Source: Candidatus Omnitrophota bacterium (GTDB taxonomy: Bacteria; Omnitrophota; Gorgyraeia; Gygaellales; JBFMHM01). Taken from it: DNA of 64,000 bases. Of this stretch, positions 39,304 to 49,989 are shown piece after piece. The stretch lies in NCBI GenBank assembly GCA_040753015.1, contig JBFMHM010000001.1:275157-339156 (forward strand). The letters run 5' to 3'. The translations under genes were made by a program, and so were the position numbers. The notes below the pieces were generated by a model that worked only from the letters and a program-made list of their open reading frames with translations, had not been told where the DNA came from and made no database searches. Within the stretch, counting starts at the first letter, position 1. Each line of letters begins with the position of its first letter.

Positions 39304-40589
39304 CTACCCATCCCTAAATATTTAAAACCAATTTTCTCTAACTTCCTTTTATCATACATATTCCTTCCATCAATTATTATAGGTTGGTGCATAAGTTTTT
39401 TAATTTTTGAGAAATCCAATTCTTTGAATTCATTCCATTCGGTAATAACACAAAGACAGTCGCATCTACGAACAAGATCATAAACGCTATTACAATATTT
39501 TAAAGGCAGACCTAATTTTTTTGCTGTCGGCATCGCCTGCGGATCAAAGGCCTTTAATTTTGCGCCTTCTTTAGACAGCTCGTTAATAATGTCTATTGAT
39601 GGTGCAAAACGCATATCATCTGTATTTGGTTTAAAAGAAAGCCCCAAAATACCAATATTCTTGCCTTTTATAATCCATAGGCTATCTTTAATTTTTTTTA
39701 AAAAAATATTTTTCTGATTATCATTAATTTTTTTAACTTCTTCAAGTAGCCTAAAATCATAACCAATTTTTTGGCTAATCCTTATAAATGCATCAATATC
39801 TTTCGGGAAACAGAATCCACCATAACCTAAACCAGAATCTAGGAAAGGCCTGCCGATTCTTTTATCTAACCCAATACCCTGCGCAATCTTCTCAATGTCT
39901 GCGCCAGTTTTTTCTGCAATTTGGCTAATAGCATTAATAAAAGAAATCTTTGCCGCTAAAAATGAATTTGAGGCATGTTTAATAAGCTCTGCGCTTTTAA
40001 TATCCGTAACCAAAATCGGCGCATTGAGAGGTAAGTATAACTCTTTTAGAATATTCTCTGCCTTTTTACTTTTAACTCCTAATATAATCCGATCCGGATG
40101 CATAAAATCATTAATCGCCGTGCCCTCTCTTAAAAATTCCGGGTTTGACGCAACATCAAACTTAATATTTTTTCTAATATTCACGCGAATTGTATGTTCA
40201 ACCCACATACCTGTCTCAACAGGAACAGTTGATTTTTCAACAATAAGCTTATAGGAAGCCATATTTTCTGCAATTTCTTCTGCAACATTTTCAACAAAAG
40301 TTAAATCCGCTTCTCCGTTATCTCTGGGCGGAGTACCAACAGCAATAAATATAACCAAAGAATCTTTTATTGCTTCTTTTATACTTGTAGAAAATTTAAG
40401 GCGTCTCTCTAAAACATTCCTTTCAACTAATTCTTTTAACCCCGGCTCATAAATAGGCATAATGAGCTTTTTTAAATCGGCAATTTTTTTTCTATTACTA
40501 TCAACACAGATAACCTCATTCCCCAGCTCGGCAAAACAAGCTCCGCTAACCAACCCCACATATCCTGAACCAATAACTGTTATCACCAT
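39300..40589 (-). CDS. ugd: UDP-glucose 6-dehydrogenase
   Basis: GSGYVGLV, EKSTVP, NPEFLREG, GYGGFCFPKD, FKPNTDDMR. Confidence 0.92.
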   Translation of the reverse strand: MVITVIGSGYVGLVSGACFAELGNEVICVDSNRKKIADLKKLIMPIYEPGLKELVERNVLERRLKFSTSIKEAIKDSLVIFIAVGTPPRDNGEADLTFVENVAEEIAENMASYKLIVEKSTVPVETGMWVEHTIRVNIRKNIKFDVASNPEFLREGTAINDFMHPDRIILGVKSKKAENILKELYLPLNAPILVTDIKSAELIKHASNSFLAAKISFINAISQIAEKTGADIEKIAQGIGLDKRIGRPFLDSGLGYGGFCFPKDIDAFIRISQKIGYDFRLLEEVKKINDNQKNIFLKKIKDSLWIIKGKNIGILGLSFKPNTDDMRFAPSIDIINELSKEGAKLKAFDPQAMPTAKKLGLPLKYCNSVYDLVRRCDCLCVITEWNEFKELDFSKIKKLMHQPIIIDGRNMYDKRKLEKIGFKYLGMGR

Positions 40590-42715
40590 GCTCGAGAAGA
40601 CTCCGTTCTTGGGCCGCTATAGGTTGCGTCCATCCTAAGTTCAGCTTCAGGAAACGCCTTACAGGTTAAAGTAAACCAAACAGTATGCCCGCCATTTTTC
40701 TTAACATTATAAGCCATACTTAATAACCAACAATGCAAATCGCGCGAAATAGCATATTCCTGTTCCCTTAAACCATATAACGGCTCACCATAAGCATCTG
40801 TGGCCCGCGAAAATTCAAAACGTTGATATGTTCTAAATTCCCACAAAGGATTAATCCTATAGCGAAACTGACTAATCATCTGCTTACCTACTGACCGTCT
40901 ATAACGAAACCCGGTTAAATAGCTCCATTTTTTTTGATTTAAATCTAAATCTATGTTAACCGTATCGAATACATTTAAGCTCTTATCATATGTTGCCTCT
41001 GTTTCAAAATGCACCCATTCATACGGCCATATTTCAAGATCAAAGTATATATTGGAAAATTTGCCTTTTCCTGTATAGAAATCTTTAAATATATAACTCG
41101 TATCTACTCTAAAAATTGCTAAATCACGAGAAACATCATTTTTTGTTTTTGTTTGTAATTTATTTATCAATTCAATAATAACCTGCTTGTCATTTTCTAT
41201 TTTATCAATATCATCGAATTCTCTTAATTTATCAGCTGGTATAGTTGGCTTATGAGTATAACTGAACCTTGCTACAGGATTAATTATATGGCGGATTTTA
41301 TTTATATCAAGCCCAAAACTATCCATTTTAAAATCATAGACTTTAAATAATTTTGCACTAGCATCAAGGCCTGCAACTACAGCTGTCCTTGGTGCGATAC
41401 CATCACCTGCTATATCCTTTTTATAAAACGTTTCTCTTGACCCACCATAAGGCGTCAGTTCTAAAAAAGCGGCCTTAAAAGGAAAAGAAAGTTTATTTAA
41501 TGTATCAAATCTCACCTGATCATAATCAATATCAGTAGGGCTTATGAATTTATGAGTAAAATTTGTAAGCGTTGTTATATTTTTAAAATATACCGGGCTA
41601 CCAAATAAAGATTGGTTATTTGTTTCGAATTTTATCTCGGGCAACTTATCAATTTCAGAATAAAAATGATTTGTACGTTTCAAGTAATAAGCGCTTAAAT
41701 TTGAATTAATAGGCAAAAAATTATGGGTTACATAAATATAAGATTTTGGCTGGACATCGCTTTGATATTCCCTATAAAAATAGTCTTTCAAAAAATTAAT
41801 ATCGCTCGTCCTATGGAATTCAGAAATTATATCGGTATTCTTAAGCTGTGTCTTATGACGAAAACGCAATAAATACCTTTGGCGCTCGGTTGTTCCAGGC
41901 CCTGCCTCGGGTATCTGTTCATTCGTATAATAAGCTTTATAATCGCCTGCGCCGAGTGCCCCATAATCATAATTAATGCCAAAACCTTCCCCCCAGCCCC
42001 TTCTTTCTCTATAGTCCAGATAAACACGCCCCCTAACTTTATCAGATAAATTGAACCTTGTTTTAGTCAAAATAAAAGTTCCCCAATCTTTACTACTGCC
42101 TGGAGTAATATTAAAGTTAAAAGCATTATCGGTTTTTAAATAATGCACGAATCGCGGAAAAAAGAAAATTGGTATATTCCCGGCAAATATTTTTACATTT
42201 TTTGCAATTATTTTTTCATCAGGATAAAATTCGATCTGCCTTGTACGAATTCGGTAATGCGGATGCTCTAAATCACAGCTTGTTACGTATCCGCCATCGA
42301 TTACTGTTCTATTGCCTTGATCCTTGTTAATTAAATCCCCGTGTGCATACATTGGCGGCGCATCAATATCAGCATTAACAATCTTGCCGGTTTTTGTATC
42401 AAAATTATAATTAATTTTTTCCCCGCGCATAACTATATCTTTATGCCTCAGGACGACGTTACCAGATGCTATGCCGTCTTTTGTCTGAGTAGAAACTTCT
42501 AGATTATCGCACGTTAATTTTGATCCCTGATAAACAACTACTACATTGCCAGATGCAATAATCTTTTTCTCTTTGGTTAAATATTCTACTGTATCGCCAT
42601 TTACAGAAATAGGTTGTTTATTATCTTGAGCATAACAGGAAAGTAAAAAGCAGAAATTAAAAAGCAGAAAGCAAAACGAGCATTTAATAATTAAATACCT
42701 TCTAGCACTAAACAC
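40583..42715 (-). CDS. lptD: LPS-assembly protein LptD
   Basis: OstA-like N-terminus (ASGNVVV, GYVTSCD..PHY) and a beta-barrel ending RDLHCW. Confidence 0.8.
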   Translation of the reverse strand: MFSARRYLIIKCSFCFLLFNFCFLLSCYAQDNKQPISVNGDTVEYLTKEKKIIASGNVVVVYQGSKLTCDNLEVSTQTKDGIASGNVVLRHKDIVMRGEKINYNFDTKTGKIVNADIDAPPMYAHGDLINKDQGNRTVIDGGYVTSCDLEHPHYRIRTRQIEFYPDEKIIAKNVKIFAGNIPIFFFPRFVHYLKTDNAFNFNITPGSSKDWGTFILTKTRFNLSDKVRGRVYLDYRERRGWGEGFGINYDYGALGAGDYKAYYTNEQIPEAGPGTTERQRYLLRFRHKTQLKNTDIISEFHRTSDINFLKDYFYREYQSDVQPKSYIYVTHNFLPINSNLSAYYLKRTNHFYSEIDKLPEIKFETNNQSLFGSPVYFKNITTLTNFTHKFISPTDIDYDQVRFDTLNKLSFPFKAAFLELTPYGGSRETFYKKDIAGDGIAPRTAVVAGLDASAKLFKVYDFKMDSFGLDINKIRHIINPVARFSYTHKPTIPADKLREFDDIDKIENDKQVIIELINKLQTKTKNDVSRDLAIFRVDTSYIFKDFYTGKGKFSNIYFDLEIWPYEWVHFETEATYDKSLNVFDTVNIDLDLNQKKWSYLTGFRYRRSVGKQMISQFRYRINPLWEFRTYQRFEFSRATDAYGEPLYGLREQEYAISRDLHCWLLSMAYNVKKNGGHTVWFTLTCKAFPEAELRMDATYSGPRTESSRAW

Positions 42716-43605
42716 GCCGCACCCATAAGACCAGCATTTTCTGAAAGTTTAGCTTTCTCAACTTTTACTGCATTTGCCGGTGACATTGCCCGTTCTTTTA
42801 TTGTTTTTTTAACAGTATCAAAAAGTATCTTACCGGCCGCAGAAATACCGCCTCCTAAAACAATCATCTCGGGATTAAAAAAATTAACAACCCCAGTTAA
42901 AGCAATACCTAAATGCCTGCCAACTGCTTCCCATAGGTTAAGCGCTCTTTTATCGCCACATTTTGCCATTTGGCTTATTTCTTCTAACGTGTATTCCTTG
43001 CTAAATAATGTGAATACCTTCTGTAAAATAAATCTATTGCCTATATAACGCTCTAGGCATCCCATCCCCCCACAATTACATATTGGGCCGTCTTGATCAA
43101 TAGGAATATGCCCTACCTCGCCAGCTGCATAATTATATCCGCGATAAATTTTACCATTAATAATAATACCGCCACCAACGCCTGTACCTAAAGTAACACA
43201 AATCGAACTAGTTGTATTCTTAGCAGCTCCAAATTTATATTCTGCAAGCGCAGCCAAATTAGAATCATTATCAATATAAACAGGGGTTTTTATATTTTTA
43301 TTTATCAATGCCCTAAGAGGTACTTCCTTCCAACCAGGAATATTTGGAAAATAGTGAACAACCCCCTTTACGGGATTTACCGGGCCTGGCAAACCCATAC
43401 CAATACCACAAAGTTGCTTTAAAGTTATATTCTTATCTCCTAACATTTCTTCAATAGAAAAGATTAAACCATCAATGAGATCTTGTTTTGAAGTAAATCC
43501 TTTTGTCGGCAGGATCCGCTTAGAGATAATTTTAAGCTGGGTATTAAAAAGGCCGAGTTTGGTATTCGTACCACCTAAATCAACTGCAATTATATATTTA
43601 GACAT
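42691..43605 (-). CDS. ROK family sugar kinase (glucokinase-like)
   Basis: DLGGTN, NDSNLAALAE, TLGTGVGGG, EVGH..CNCG..GCLE. Confidence 0.93.
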   Translation of the reverse strand: MSKYIIAVDLGGTNTKLGLFNTQLKIISKRILPTKGFTSKQDLIDGLIFSIEEMLGDKNITLKQLCGIGMGLPGPVNPVKGVVHYFPNIPGWKEVPLRALINKNIKTPVYIDNDSNLAALAEYKFGAAKNTTSSICVTLGTGVGGGIIINGKIYRGYNYAAGEVGHIPIDQDGPICNCGGMGCLERYIGNRFILQKVFTLFSKEYTLEEISQMAKCGDKRALNLWEAVGRHLGIALTGVVNFFNPEMIVLGGGISAAGKILFDTVKKTIKERAMSPANAVKVEKAKLSENAGLMGAACLVLEGI

Positions 43606-43649
43606 AAAAAAATAACCTAATGTAATTTAATATTATAATAAATATAATT

Positions 43650-43677
43650 ATTATACTTTAATTCTTAATTCTGTCAA
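43650..43677 (-). promoter_or_regulatory. Consensus sigma70 promoter for the ROK-lptD-nucleotide-sugar genes
   Basis: TTGACA(43677-43672)-16-TATAAT(43655-43650). Confidence 0.65.
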
Positions 43678-44513
43678 TTCAAAGCATAATCTAGGGTTTT
43701 AGCGAGCATCTCCTTTAGTTGTTTACGATGACAAACAAGATCAATTAGGCCATGTTCTAATAAAAACTCGGAACGTTGAAATCCCTCTGGAAGCTTCTGC
43801 CGGATTGTTTGCTCAATAACCCTCGGCCCAGCAAAACCAATTAATGCCTTTGGCTCTGCAATAATAATATCGCCTAATGCCGCGAAAGATGCCATAATTC
43901 CTGCCATTGTTGGATTAGTAAGGACTGATATAAAAAGAAGCCCTGAATCATGATGCCGAGAAAGTGCGCTTGATGTTTTTGACATCTGCATCAAAGAAAG
44001 CATACCCTCATACATCCTTGCCCCGCCTCCTGATCCAGAAACAATTATTATAGGAAGTTTCTTTTTTGTCGCAGCCTCAATTGCACGGGTAATTTTTTCA
44101 CCAACTACCGACCCCATCGATCCCATAATAAACCTTGAATCCGTAACAGCGAAAATTATTTTTGTATCTAAAAGCCTGCCCTCTCCAGTTATAACAGCAT
44201 CAACTAAACCTGTTGCTTTCTGATCTTCGGCAAGTTTCTCTTTATAAGTCTTAGGTCCCTTAAACTGCAAGGGATCTTGCGAATACATTTTTGCGTCAAA
44301 TTCTTGAAAAGTGTCTTTATCAATTAATAAATCAATTCTTTCGCGCGATGTCAAAACAAAATGATAATTACATTTAGAACACACTTTAAAATTTTCATAA
44401 AGCGTTTTGTTATATAAAACTTCTCCGCAATCCGGGCACTTCGTCCAAAGCCCCTCTGGAATCTCTTTCTTTTTTATTTTAACTAATGTATATTTTGATT
44501 TTCCAAAAAACAT
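43674..44513 (-). CDS. accD: Acetyl-CoA carboxylase carboxyltransferase beta subunit
   Basis: LWTKCPDC..VCSKC; GSMGSVVGEK; GFAGPRVIEQT. Confidence 0.97.
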   Translation of the reverse strand: MFFGKSKYTLVKIKKKEIPEGLWTKCPDCGEVLYNKTLYENFKVCSKCNYHFVLTSRERIDLLIDKDTFQEFDAKMYSQDPLQFKGPKTYKEKLAEDQKATGLVDAVITGEGRLLDTKIIFAVTDSRFIMGSMGSVVGEKITRAIEAATKKKLPIIIVSGSGGGARMYEGMLSLMQMSKTSSALSRHHDSGLLFISVLTNPTMAGIMASFAALGDIIIAEPKALIGFAGPRVIEQTIRQKLPEGFQRSEFLLEHGLIDLVCHRKQLKEMLAKTLDYALN

Positions 44514-44518
44514 AAAGA

Positions 44519-45796
44519 TTATCTCACCTGATTTAAAATACCAAATTCTTCAAACTTATGTATTACTATTCCGGAAAGAACCTTGGGATAAAAATAGGTT
44601 GATTTCTGAGGCATCTTTTCCTTAAAACTCGCAATTTTAATTAAATCTTCAATCTTTATTGGGTTAACGAATATTGCTAGCTCAAAATCTTTTCTATCAA
44701 CCAAATTTACTGCCTCATTAATTTCTATCGTATACTTTACCTCTGTATCCGGATTGCCAAAAAGCGGCTTTAGCATCAAATATTTCAGGATCGTTACATC
44801 CAGTTTTTTATATGCATGCGGTTTATCTAAATCAACATATTGTTCAATTAAATTATCGTTTTTTAGTTTTAAAAAATAAAACTTCCCGTCATATAAACCA
44901 AAAACATGCGCATCTATATTTTTTTTCATAAGTAAATCTAATTCGCTGCCTGATTTAATATTTTTAATATCGAAATATTCAGATAATATACCTACAGTAT
45001 TATCGCTTTTTTCTTTAACCAGGCGGTGAATCGGTAATATTGTTAAATCGCTAGAATCGACATCAGTAAAATAACTCATAACATAATTAAAACTTTCATC
45101 GCCGGTAAATTTTTCCGAAATATTTTTCATACTTTGTCTAAATTGGCTGGCGACTTCATAACGATGATGCCCGTCAGCAATAAACATCGGCTTATCTATA
45201 AGATTATTTTTTATTAATTTGATTATCTCTTTATCTACAACTTTCCAAATCCTATGACTAGCTCCATCAATATCAACTATATTAATATCTGGCTTAGAAA
45301 GTTTTAATTTTTCGTCAAATATTCTCTTGAGCATACGCTCTTTATCAGAAAACATAATAAAAATTGGGCTTAAATTCGCTTTCACATGGCTTAGAAGTTC
45401 AAAACGATCGAGCTTTGCTGGTAAATGAGTATTTTCGTGAGGAAAAACAGCCCCTTTTTCATCAATCTTTAATAAGGCAATAAAACCTAGCCGATTTTTT
45501 TTCTCATTATTAATAATATATTGATGGTCGTATAAATAAACCGCTGGCTCATTATCTTGTATAAGAATATTATTCGAAATTAACTCTTGAAATTTATTTG
45601 AAGCAGACTTATATTTGTCAAGTCCATCTTGCCCTTGACTCAAAAGTACATGGATTAAATTAGAAGGATCTTTCTGTGCATAGGCCCGCCTCTGATGCTC
45701 ATTAATTACATCGTAAGGCGGACAAACTACCTTTGACAAGTCACTAATCTTATCTTGATTATAAACAAAACCTTTAAATTCTTTAATCTCTGTCAT
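44519..45796 (-). CDS. DUF1015 family protein
   Basis: PPYDVI, PHENT, IADGHHRYE, MPQKSTYFYPK. Confidence 0.92.
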   Translation of the reverse strand: MTEIKEFKGFVYNQDKISDLSKVVCPPYDVINEHQRRAYAQKDPSNLIHVLLSQGQDGLDKYKSASNKFQELISNNILIQDNEPAVYLYDHQYIINNEKKNRLGFIALLKIDEKGAVFPHENTHLPAKLDRFELLSHVKANLSPIFIMFSDKERMLKRIFDEKLKLSKPDINIVDIDGASHRIWKVVDKEIIKLIKNNLIDKPMFIADGHHRYEVASQFRQSMKNISEKFTGDESFNYVMSYFTDVDSSDLTILPIHRLVKEKSDNTVGILSEYFDIKNIKSGSELDLLMKKNIDAHVFGLYDGKFYFLKLKNDNLIEQYVDLDKPHAYKKLDVTILKYLMLKPLFGNPDTEVKYTIEINEAVNLVDRKDFELAIFVNPIKIEDLIKIASFKEKMPQKSTYFYPKVLSGIVIHKFEEFGILNQVR

Positions 45797-46143
45797 CGAA
45801 TTAACGTTATCCCAATAATTGCCCCGAGCATATCACTAACTAAATCGGGCATTGCTGCATTACGTCCAGGTACAAAAGCCTGATGTAATTCATCAATCAT
45901 ACCAAATACCACTGTGCAATATAATACAATAAAAATAATAAAAATATACTTAAAATTTTTAATATATGCTTTTAGCGCCCTAAAAAGTAAAATCGAGAAA
46001 ACAATATACTCAAATACATGAACTATTTTATCAGAAAAAGGTATATTTGTCTTGGGAAAAAAATAAGCAGGCCTTGAAGAAAGATAATACAAAAATCCGG
46101 ACCAAATAAAAAAAGGCAGCCAATAGAAAATAAATTTTTTCAA
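45793..46143 (-). CDS. VanZ family protein (TTG start at 46143)
   Basis: DKIVHVFEY, DELHQAFVPGR; SD AAGGAG; the longer ORF overlaps the FmdB gene. Confidence 0.85.
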   Translation of the reverse strand: MKKFIFYWLPFFIWSGFLYYLSSRPAYFFPKTNIPFSDKIVHVFEYIVFSILLFRALKAYIKNFKYIFIIFIVLYCTVVFGMIDELHQAFVPGRNAAMPDLVSDMLGAIIGITLIR

Positions 46144-46159
46144 ACTGCTCCTTCTAAAA

Positions 46160-46429
46160 TTAATGCTTGTGGTTACAGCCTTGGCAGCCTTTATTTTTAT
46201 CGGCCATTGGGCAAGATTGAGATGCAGACGAACCTTGGTTTGCACCGCCTTTACGATAATCCGTAGCGTAAAAACCAGAACCTTTAAAAATAAATCCGCC
46301 GCCGGTTCCAAGAAGCCTTTTCACCTTCTGATTACACTTTGGACAACTTTCTAAAGGTACATCGTTTATATTTTGGAATTTTTCAAAAACCTCACCACAG
46401 CTTAAACATTCATATTCATATGTTGGCAC
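46160..46429 (-). CDS. FmdB family zinc-ribbon protein
   Basis: MPTYEYECLSCG..CPKC..FKGSGFYATDY. Confidence 0.92.
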   Translation of the reverse strand: MPTYEYECLSCGEVFEKFQNINDVPLESCPKCNQKVKRLLGTGGGFIFKGSGFYATDYRKGGANQGSSASQSCPMADKNKGCQGCNHKH

Positions 46430-46439
46430 AACTTCCTCC

Positions 46440-47588
46440 CTACTTAAATGCTTTTTTTATTTTATCAGTAAACGATTCTTTATTATCAATATTTTCGCCG
46501 GAAATTCTTGCAAATTCCTCTAACAATTCTCTTTGTTTTGTATTCAAAGATTGAGGAATTTCAATATTAACTACGACCAGCTCATCGCCGCGACTTCTGC
46601 CATGGACATCCGGCATACCTTTATCTCTTAGACGAAAAATTTTCCCTGTTTGTGTGCCTTGCGGTATTTTCATTCTTACATCACCTTCAAGCGTTGGCAC
46701 TTCAATCTCGCCACCCAAAGCCGCCTTTACCATACTTACAAAAACTTCAACTATAATATCATTATCCCGGCGAGAAAATTTTCTATCCTCTAGGACATTA
46801 ATTACCACATAAAGATCCCCTGCGCCTGCTTTACCCTCTTCTCCTTCACCTCTCAAGCGTAAATTCGAACCAGTATCAACTCCTGCAGGTATCTTCACTT
46901 CAATTTTATGAGCTGTTTTAACCCTTGCCTGTCCATGACAAATAGGACAAGGATGTGCAATAATTTCACCTTCACCGCGGCACCTGGAACAAGTCTGCCT
47001 AAGATTAAAAAAACCACTAGATACTGTTATATGGCCCTTACCCCGGCATTCTGGACAAGTTGTTTTTTTCGTTCCTGGTTTTGCACCCGTGCCCAAACAT
47101 TCCTTGCATAAATCATAACGGCTTATTTTTACTGTCTTACTAACGCCTTTGAATGCTTCTTCTAAAGTTATATCTACCTGAACCTGTAAATCGCGACCAC
47201 GTTCTCTATTATGACGGGTTCTCCTTTGGCCCGCACCAAAAATATCAAAACCTAAATCACTAAAAATCTCATCAAATAATCCACCACCAAAACCTTCTCC
47301 AAAAATACTCGAGAAATCAGCGCCTTTAAAGATATCTTGATAGCTATATTTTTGGTCTACGCCCGCATGCCCATATTGATCATAAAGAGAACGTTTCTGA
47401 GAATCAGATAAAACCGCATAGGCCTCGGATAATTCTTTAAATTGTTCCTCCGCTTCTTTCTTTTTTTCATGCGGCACTCTATCTGGATGATATTTTAAAG
47501 CAAGCGTACGATAAGCTTTCTTTACCTCATCTAAAGAAGCGCTTTTACTGATACCTAATATTTCATAATAATCTCTTTTTGTAGACAT
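46440..47588 (-). CDS. dnaJ: Chaperone DnaJ
   Basis: HPD motif, four CxxCxGxG-type repeats. Confidence 0.98.
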   Translation of the reverse strand: MSTKRDYYEILGISKSASLDEVKKAYRTLALKYHPDRVPHEKKKEAEEQFKELSEAYAVLSDSQKRSLYDQYGHAGVDQKYSYQDIFKGADFSSIFGEGFGGGLFDEIFSDLGFDIFGAGQRRTRHNRERGRDLQVQVDITLEEAFKGVSKTVKISRYDLCKECLGTGAKPGTKKTTCPECRGKGHITVSSGFFNLRQTCSRCRGEGEIIAHPCPICHGQARVKTAHKIEVKIPAGVDTGSNLRLRGEGEEGKAGAGDLYVVINVLEDRKFSRRDNDIIVEVFVSMVKAALGGEIEVPTLEGDVRMKIPQGTQTGKIFRLRDKGMPDVHGRSRGDELVVVNIEIPQSLNTKQRELLEEFARISGENIDNKESFTDKIKKAFK

Positions 47589-49480
47589 TATTTTTTATCA
47601 TCTTCCTCGCGATATTCAGCGTCTATAATGTCTTCTTTGTTTGAAGCGGATCCACCTTCGGCAGATTTACCGCCTTTATCTTCCTGTGGTCCTTTATCTT
47701 CTGCCTGAGAGGCGGGCTTTTGTTTCGCCGCCTCCTGCTTATAAATCTCTTCGGCAAGTTTATGCGATGCTTTACTTAAATCTTCCATTCCTTTTCGAAT
47801 ACGATCAACATTTTTATCCTTTATAGCTGCCTTTAAATCATTGATCTTTGCCTCAATATCGCCTTTCTCTTGCTGTGAAACTTTATCGCCATAATCTTTA
47901 AGCGCCTTTTCGGTTGAATAGACTAAAGTATCTGCCTGATTAACAACTTCAACTTCTTCTTTTCGTCTTTTATCCGTCTCAGCAAATTTATCCGCGTCAC
48001 GAACCATCCTATCAATCTCTTCCTGAGAAAGTTTTTTAGGAGCAGTAATCTTGATCGACTGTTCTTTTTTAGTGCCTAGGTCTTTAGCGGAAACATGAAC
48101 TATACCGTTTGCATCAATATCAAAAGCAACCTCAATCTGTGGAATACCTCGAGGTGCCGGCGGAATTCCAACTAAGTCAAATCTTCCTAGTTCCACATTA
48201 TCATCTGCCATTTGACGTTCACCTTGCAAAACCCTAATTGTTACTGCGGTTTGATTATCAGCCGCAGTTGAAAATACTTGCGATTTTCTTGTTGGAATAG
48301 TAGTATTTCTTTCAATAAGACGAGTACATACCCCACCTAAAGTCTCAATACCAAGCGATAAAGGAGTTACGTCTAAAAGTAATACATCCTTTGTATCACC
48401 TTTAATAATCGATGCTTGAATTGCAGCACCCATAGCAACGCATTCCATCGGGTCTACCCCACGCTCAATTTTTTTACCAACATAATCTTCGACAAATTTT
48501 TGCATAATCGGCATACGCGTAGGGCCACCTACCATAATTATACGATCGATATCACGGCTTTCAAGCTTTGCATCTGTTAATGCAATTTCCATAGGATGCT
48601 TACACTTATCAATAATCGGCGATACTAAATCCTCTAGTTTTGCACGTGTTATAGACATTGTTAAATGCTTAGGCCCAGAAGAATCAGCCGTGATAAATGG
48701 TAAATTAATATCTGTTGTAAGAGTGCTAGACAACTCGATCTTTGCTTTCTCTGCGGCCTCTCTAACTCTCTGGGTAGCCATTTTATCTTTTCTTAAATCA
48801 ATTCCCGTCTCTCTCTTAAATTGCTCAGCTATATAATCAATTAAAATATTATCCATATCTGTACCGCCTAGATGCGTATCACCAGATGTAGATTTTACTT
48901 CAAATACACCTTGCGCCATTTCCATAATAGTGACATCTAAAGTCCCGCCGCCAAAATCGAAAACCATTATTTTTTGCTCTTTCTCGCTTTTTTGCAGTCC
49001 ATAAGCAAGACAAGCTGCCGTTGGTTCATTTATAACACGTAAGACTTTTAACCCTGCAATCTCGCCAGCATCTTTAGTTGCTGTCCGCTGATTATCATTA
49101 AAATAAGCAGGGCATGTAATAACTACTTCTTCTACCTTATCACCAAGATAACTTTCAGCATCCTGTTTTATTTTCTGTAAAATAAATGCGGAAATCTGTT
49201 GAGGCGTATATTCCTTACCATAGGCCTTAAAATGAAAATCTTCGCCCATCTTACGCTTTGCCGCAAAAATAGTACCTTCTGGATTAACTGCTGCCTGACG
49301 ACGAGCCGGTTCTCCAACTAAACGCTCTCCTTCCTTAGTAAACGCTACATAAGAAGGAAATGCTTTACCAGAAGCAACACCCGCGCCTTCAGCTGAAGGA
49401 ATAATAACCGGCCTCGAACCTTCCATAACGCTAGCCGCTGAATTTGAAGTACCTAAATCAATGCCTATAACTTTTGCCAT
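47588..49480 (-). CDS. dnaK: Chaperone DnaK (ATG 49480)
   Basis: [32 protein letters not shown]. Confidence 0.99.
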   Translation of the reverse strand: MAKVIGIDLGTSNSAASVMEGSRPVIIPSAEGAGVASGKAFPSYVAFTKEGERLVGEPARRQAAVNPEGTIFAAKRKMGEDFHFKAYGKEYTPQQISAFILQKIKQDAESYLGDKVEEVVITCPAYFNDNQRTATKDAGEIAGLKVLRVINEPTAACLAYGLQKSEKEQKIMVFDFGGGTLDVTIMEMAQGVFEVKSTSGDTHLGGTDMDNILIDYIAEQFKRETGIDLRKDKMATQRVREAAEKAKIELSSTLTTDINLPFITADSSGPKHLTMSITRAKLEDLVSPIIDKCKHPMEIALTDAKLESRDIDRIIMVGGPTRMPIMQKFVEDYVGKKIERGVDPMECVAMGAAIQASIIKGDTKDVLLLDVTPLSLGIETLGGVCTRLIERNTTIPTRKSQVFSTAADNQTAVTIRVLQGERQMADDNVELGRFDLVGIPPAPRGIPQIEVAFDIDANGIVHVSAKDLGTKKEQSIKITAPKKLSQEEIDRMVRDADKFAETDKRRKEEVEVVNQADTLVYSTEKALKDYGDKVSQQEKGDIEAKINDLKAAIKDKNVDRIRKGMEDLSKASHKLAEEIYKQEAAKQKPASQAEDKGPQEDKGGKSAEGGSASNKEDIIDAEYREEDDKK

Positions 49481-49485
49481 TGCCA

Positions 49486-49533
49486 CACCTCCATTGCAAC
49501 CGCTAAAGCGCTAAATACGCTAAAGCGCTAAAT
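49486..49533. repeat. GxxExxY-element downstream arm plus SD (9-mer repeats)
   Basis: cacctccattgcaaccgctaaagcgctaaatacgctaaagcgctaaat; 46/48 identical to 57493-57540. Confidence 0.9.
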
Positions 49534-49905
49534 ATTATTAACAACTCTTTTTATTTCTAATCTTGGTTTTGCAAAATTTAATATCAAACCCAATTTCACA
49601 TCAACTGCTTTTAGATACGATATTGTTTGTGCCAAATGAATATCATTAATTTCTGAAACACATTTTAATTCCAAAATAATCAAATCTCCTATTAAAAAAT
49701 CTATCCTTTGAGAACCAATATATAATTCTTTATATTTAACTTGGATTTCTTTTTCTTTATTATGCCTAATGTTTAATTTATCAAATTCATAAGCTAAAGC
49801 TGTCTGATAAATCTTCTCTACGAAACCAGGACCTAAATGTTTATGAACTTCTATTGCGATGCCAATAACCTTATTTGATAATTCATCTAATTGTTGTTTA
49901 TCCAT
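49528..49905 (-). CDS. GxxExxY protein (PD-(D/E)xK-like)
   Basis: EVHKHLGPGFVEKIY, RIDFLI, ELKCV, GLILNF. Confidence 0.95.
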   Translation of the reverse strand: MDKQQLDELSNKVIGIAIEVHKHLGPGFVEKIYQTALAYEFDKLNIRHNKEKEIQVKYKELYIGSQRIDFLIGDLIILELKCVSEINDIHLAQTISYLKAVDVKLGLILNFAKPRLEIKRVVNNI

Positions 49906-49989
49906 TTTGCGCTTTTGCTATTTTTGCTTCTTTGCGGTTGCAACTTTTTTGCGCTTTTGCTATTTTTGCTTCTTTGCGGTTGCAACTTT
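49905..49989. repeat. GxxExxY-element upstream arm, tandemly duplicated (42-bp period)
   Basis: ttttgcgcttttgctatttttgcttctttgcggttgcaacttt x2; second copy encodes the GrpE C-terminus. Confidence 0.9.

Noticed and set aside
46144-46311. N-terminal extension of the VanZ ORF
   Set aside because: Overlaps the FmdB gene in another frame; an SD+TTG start exists at 46143.
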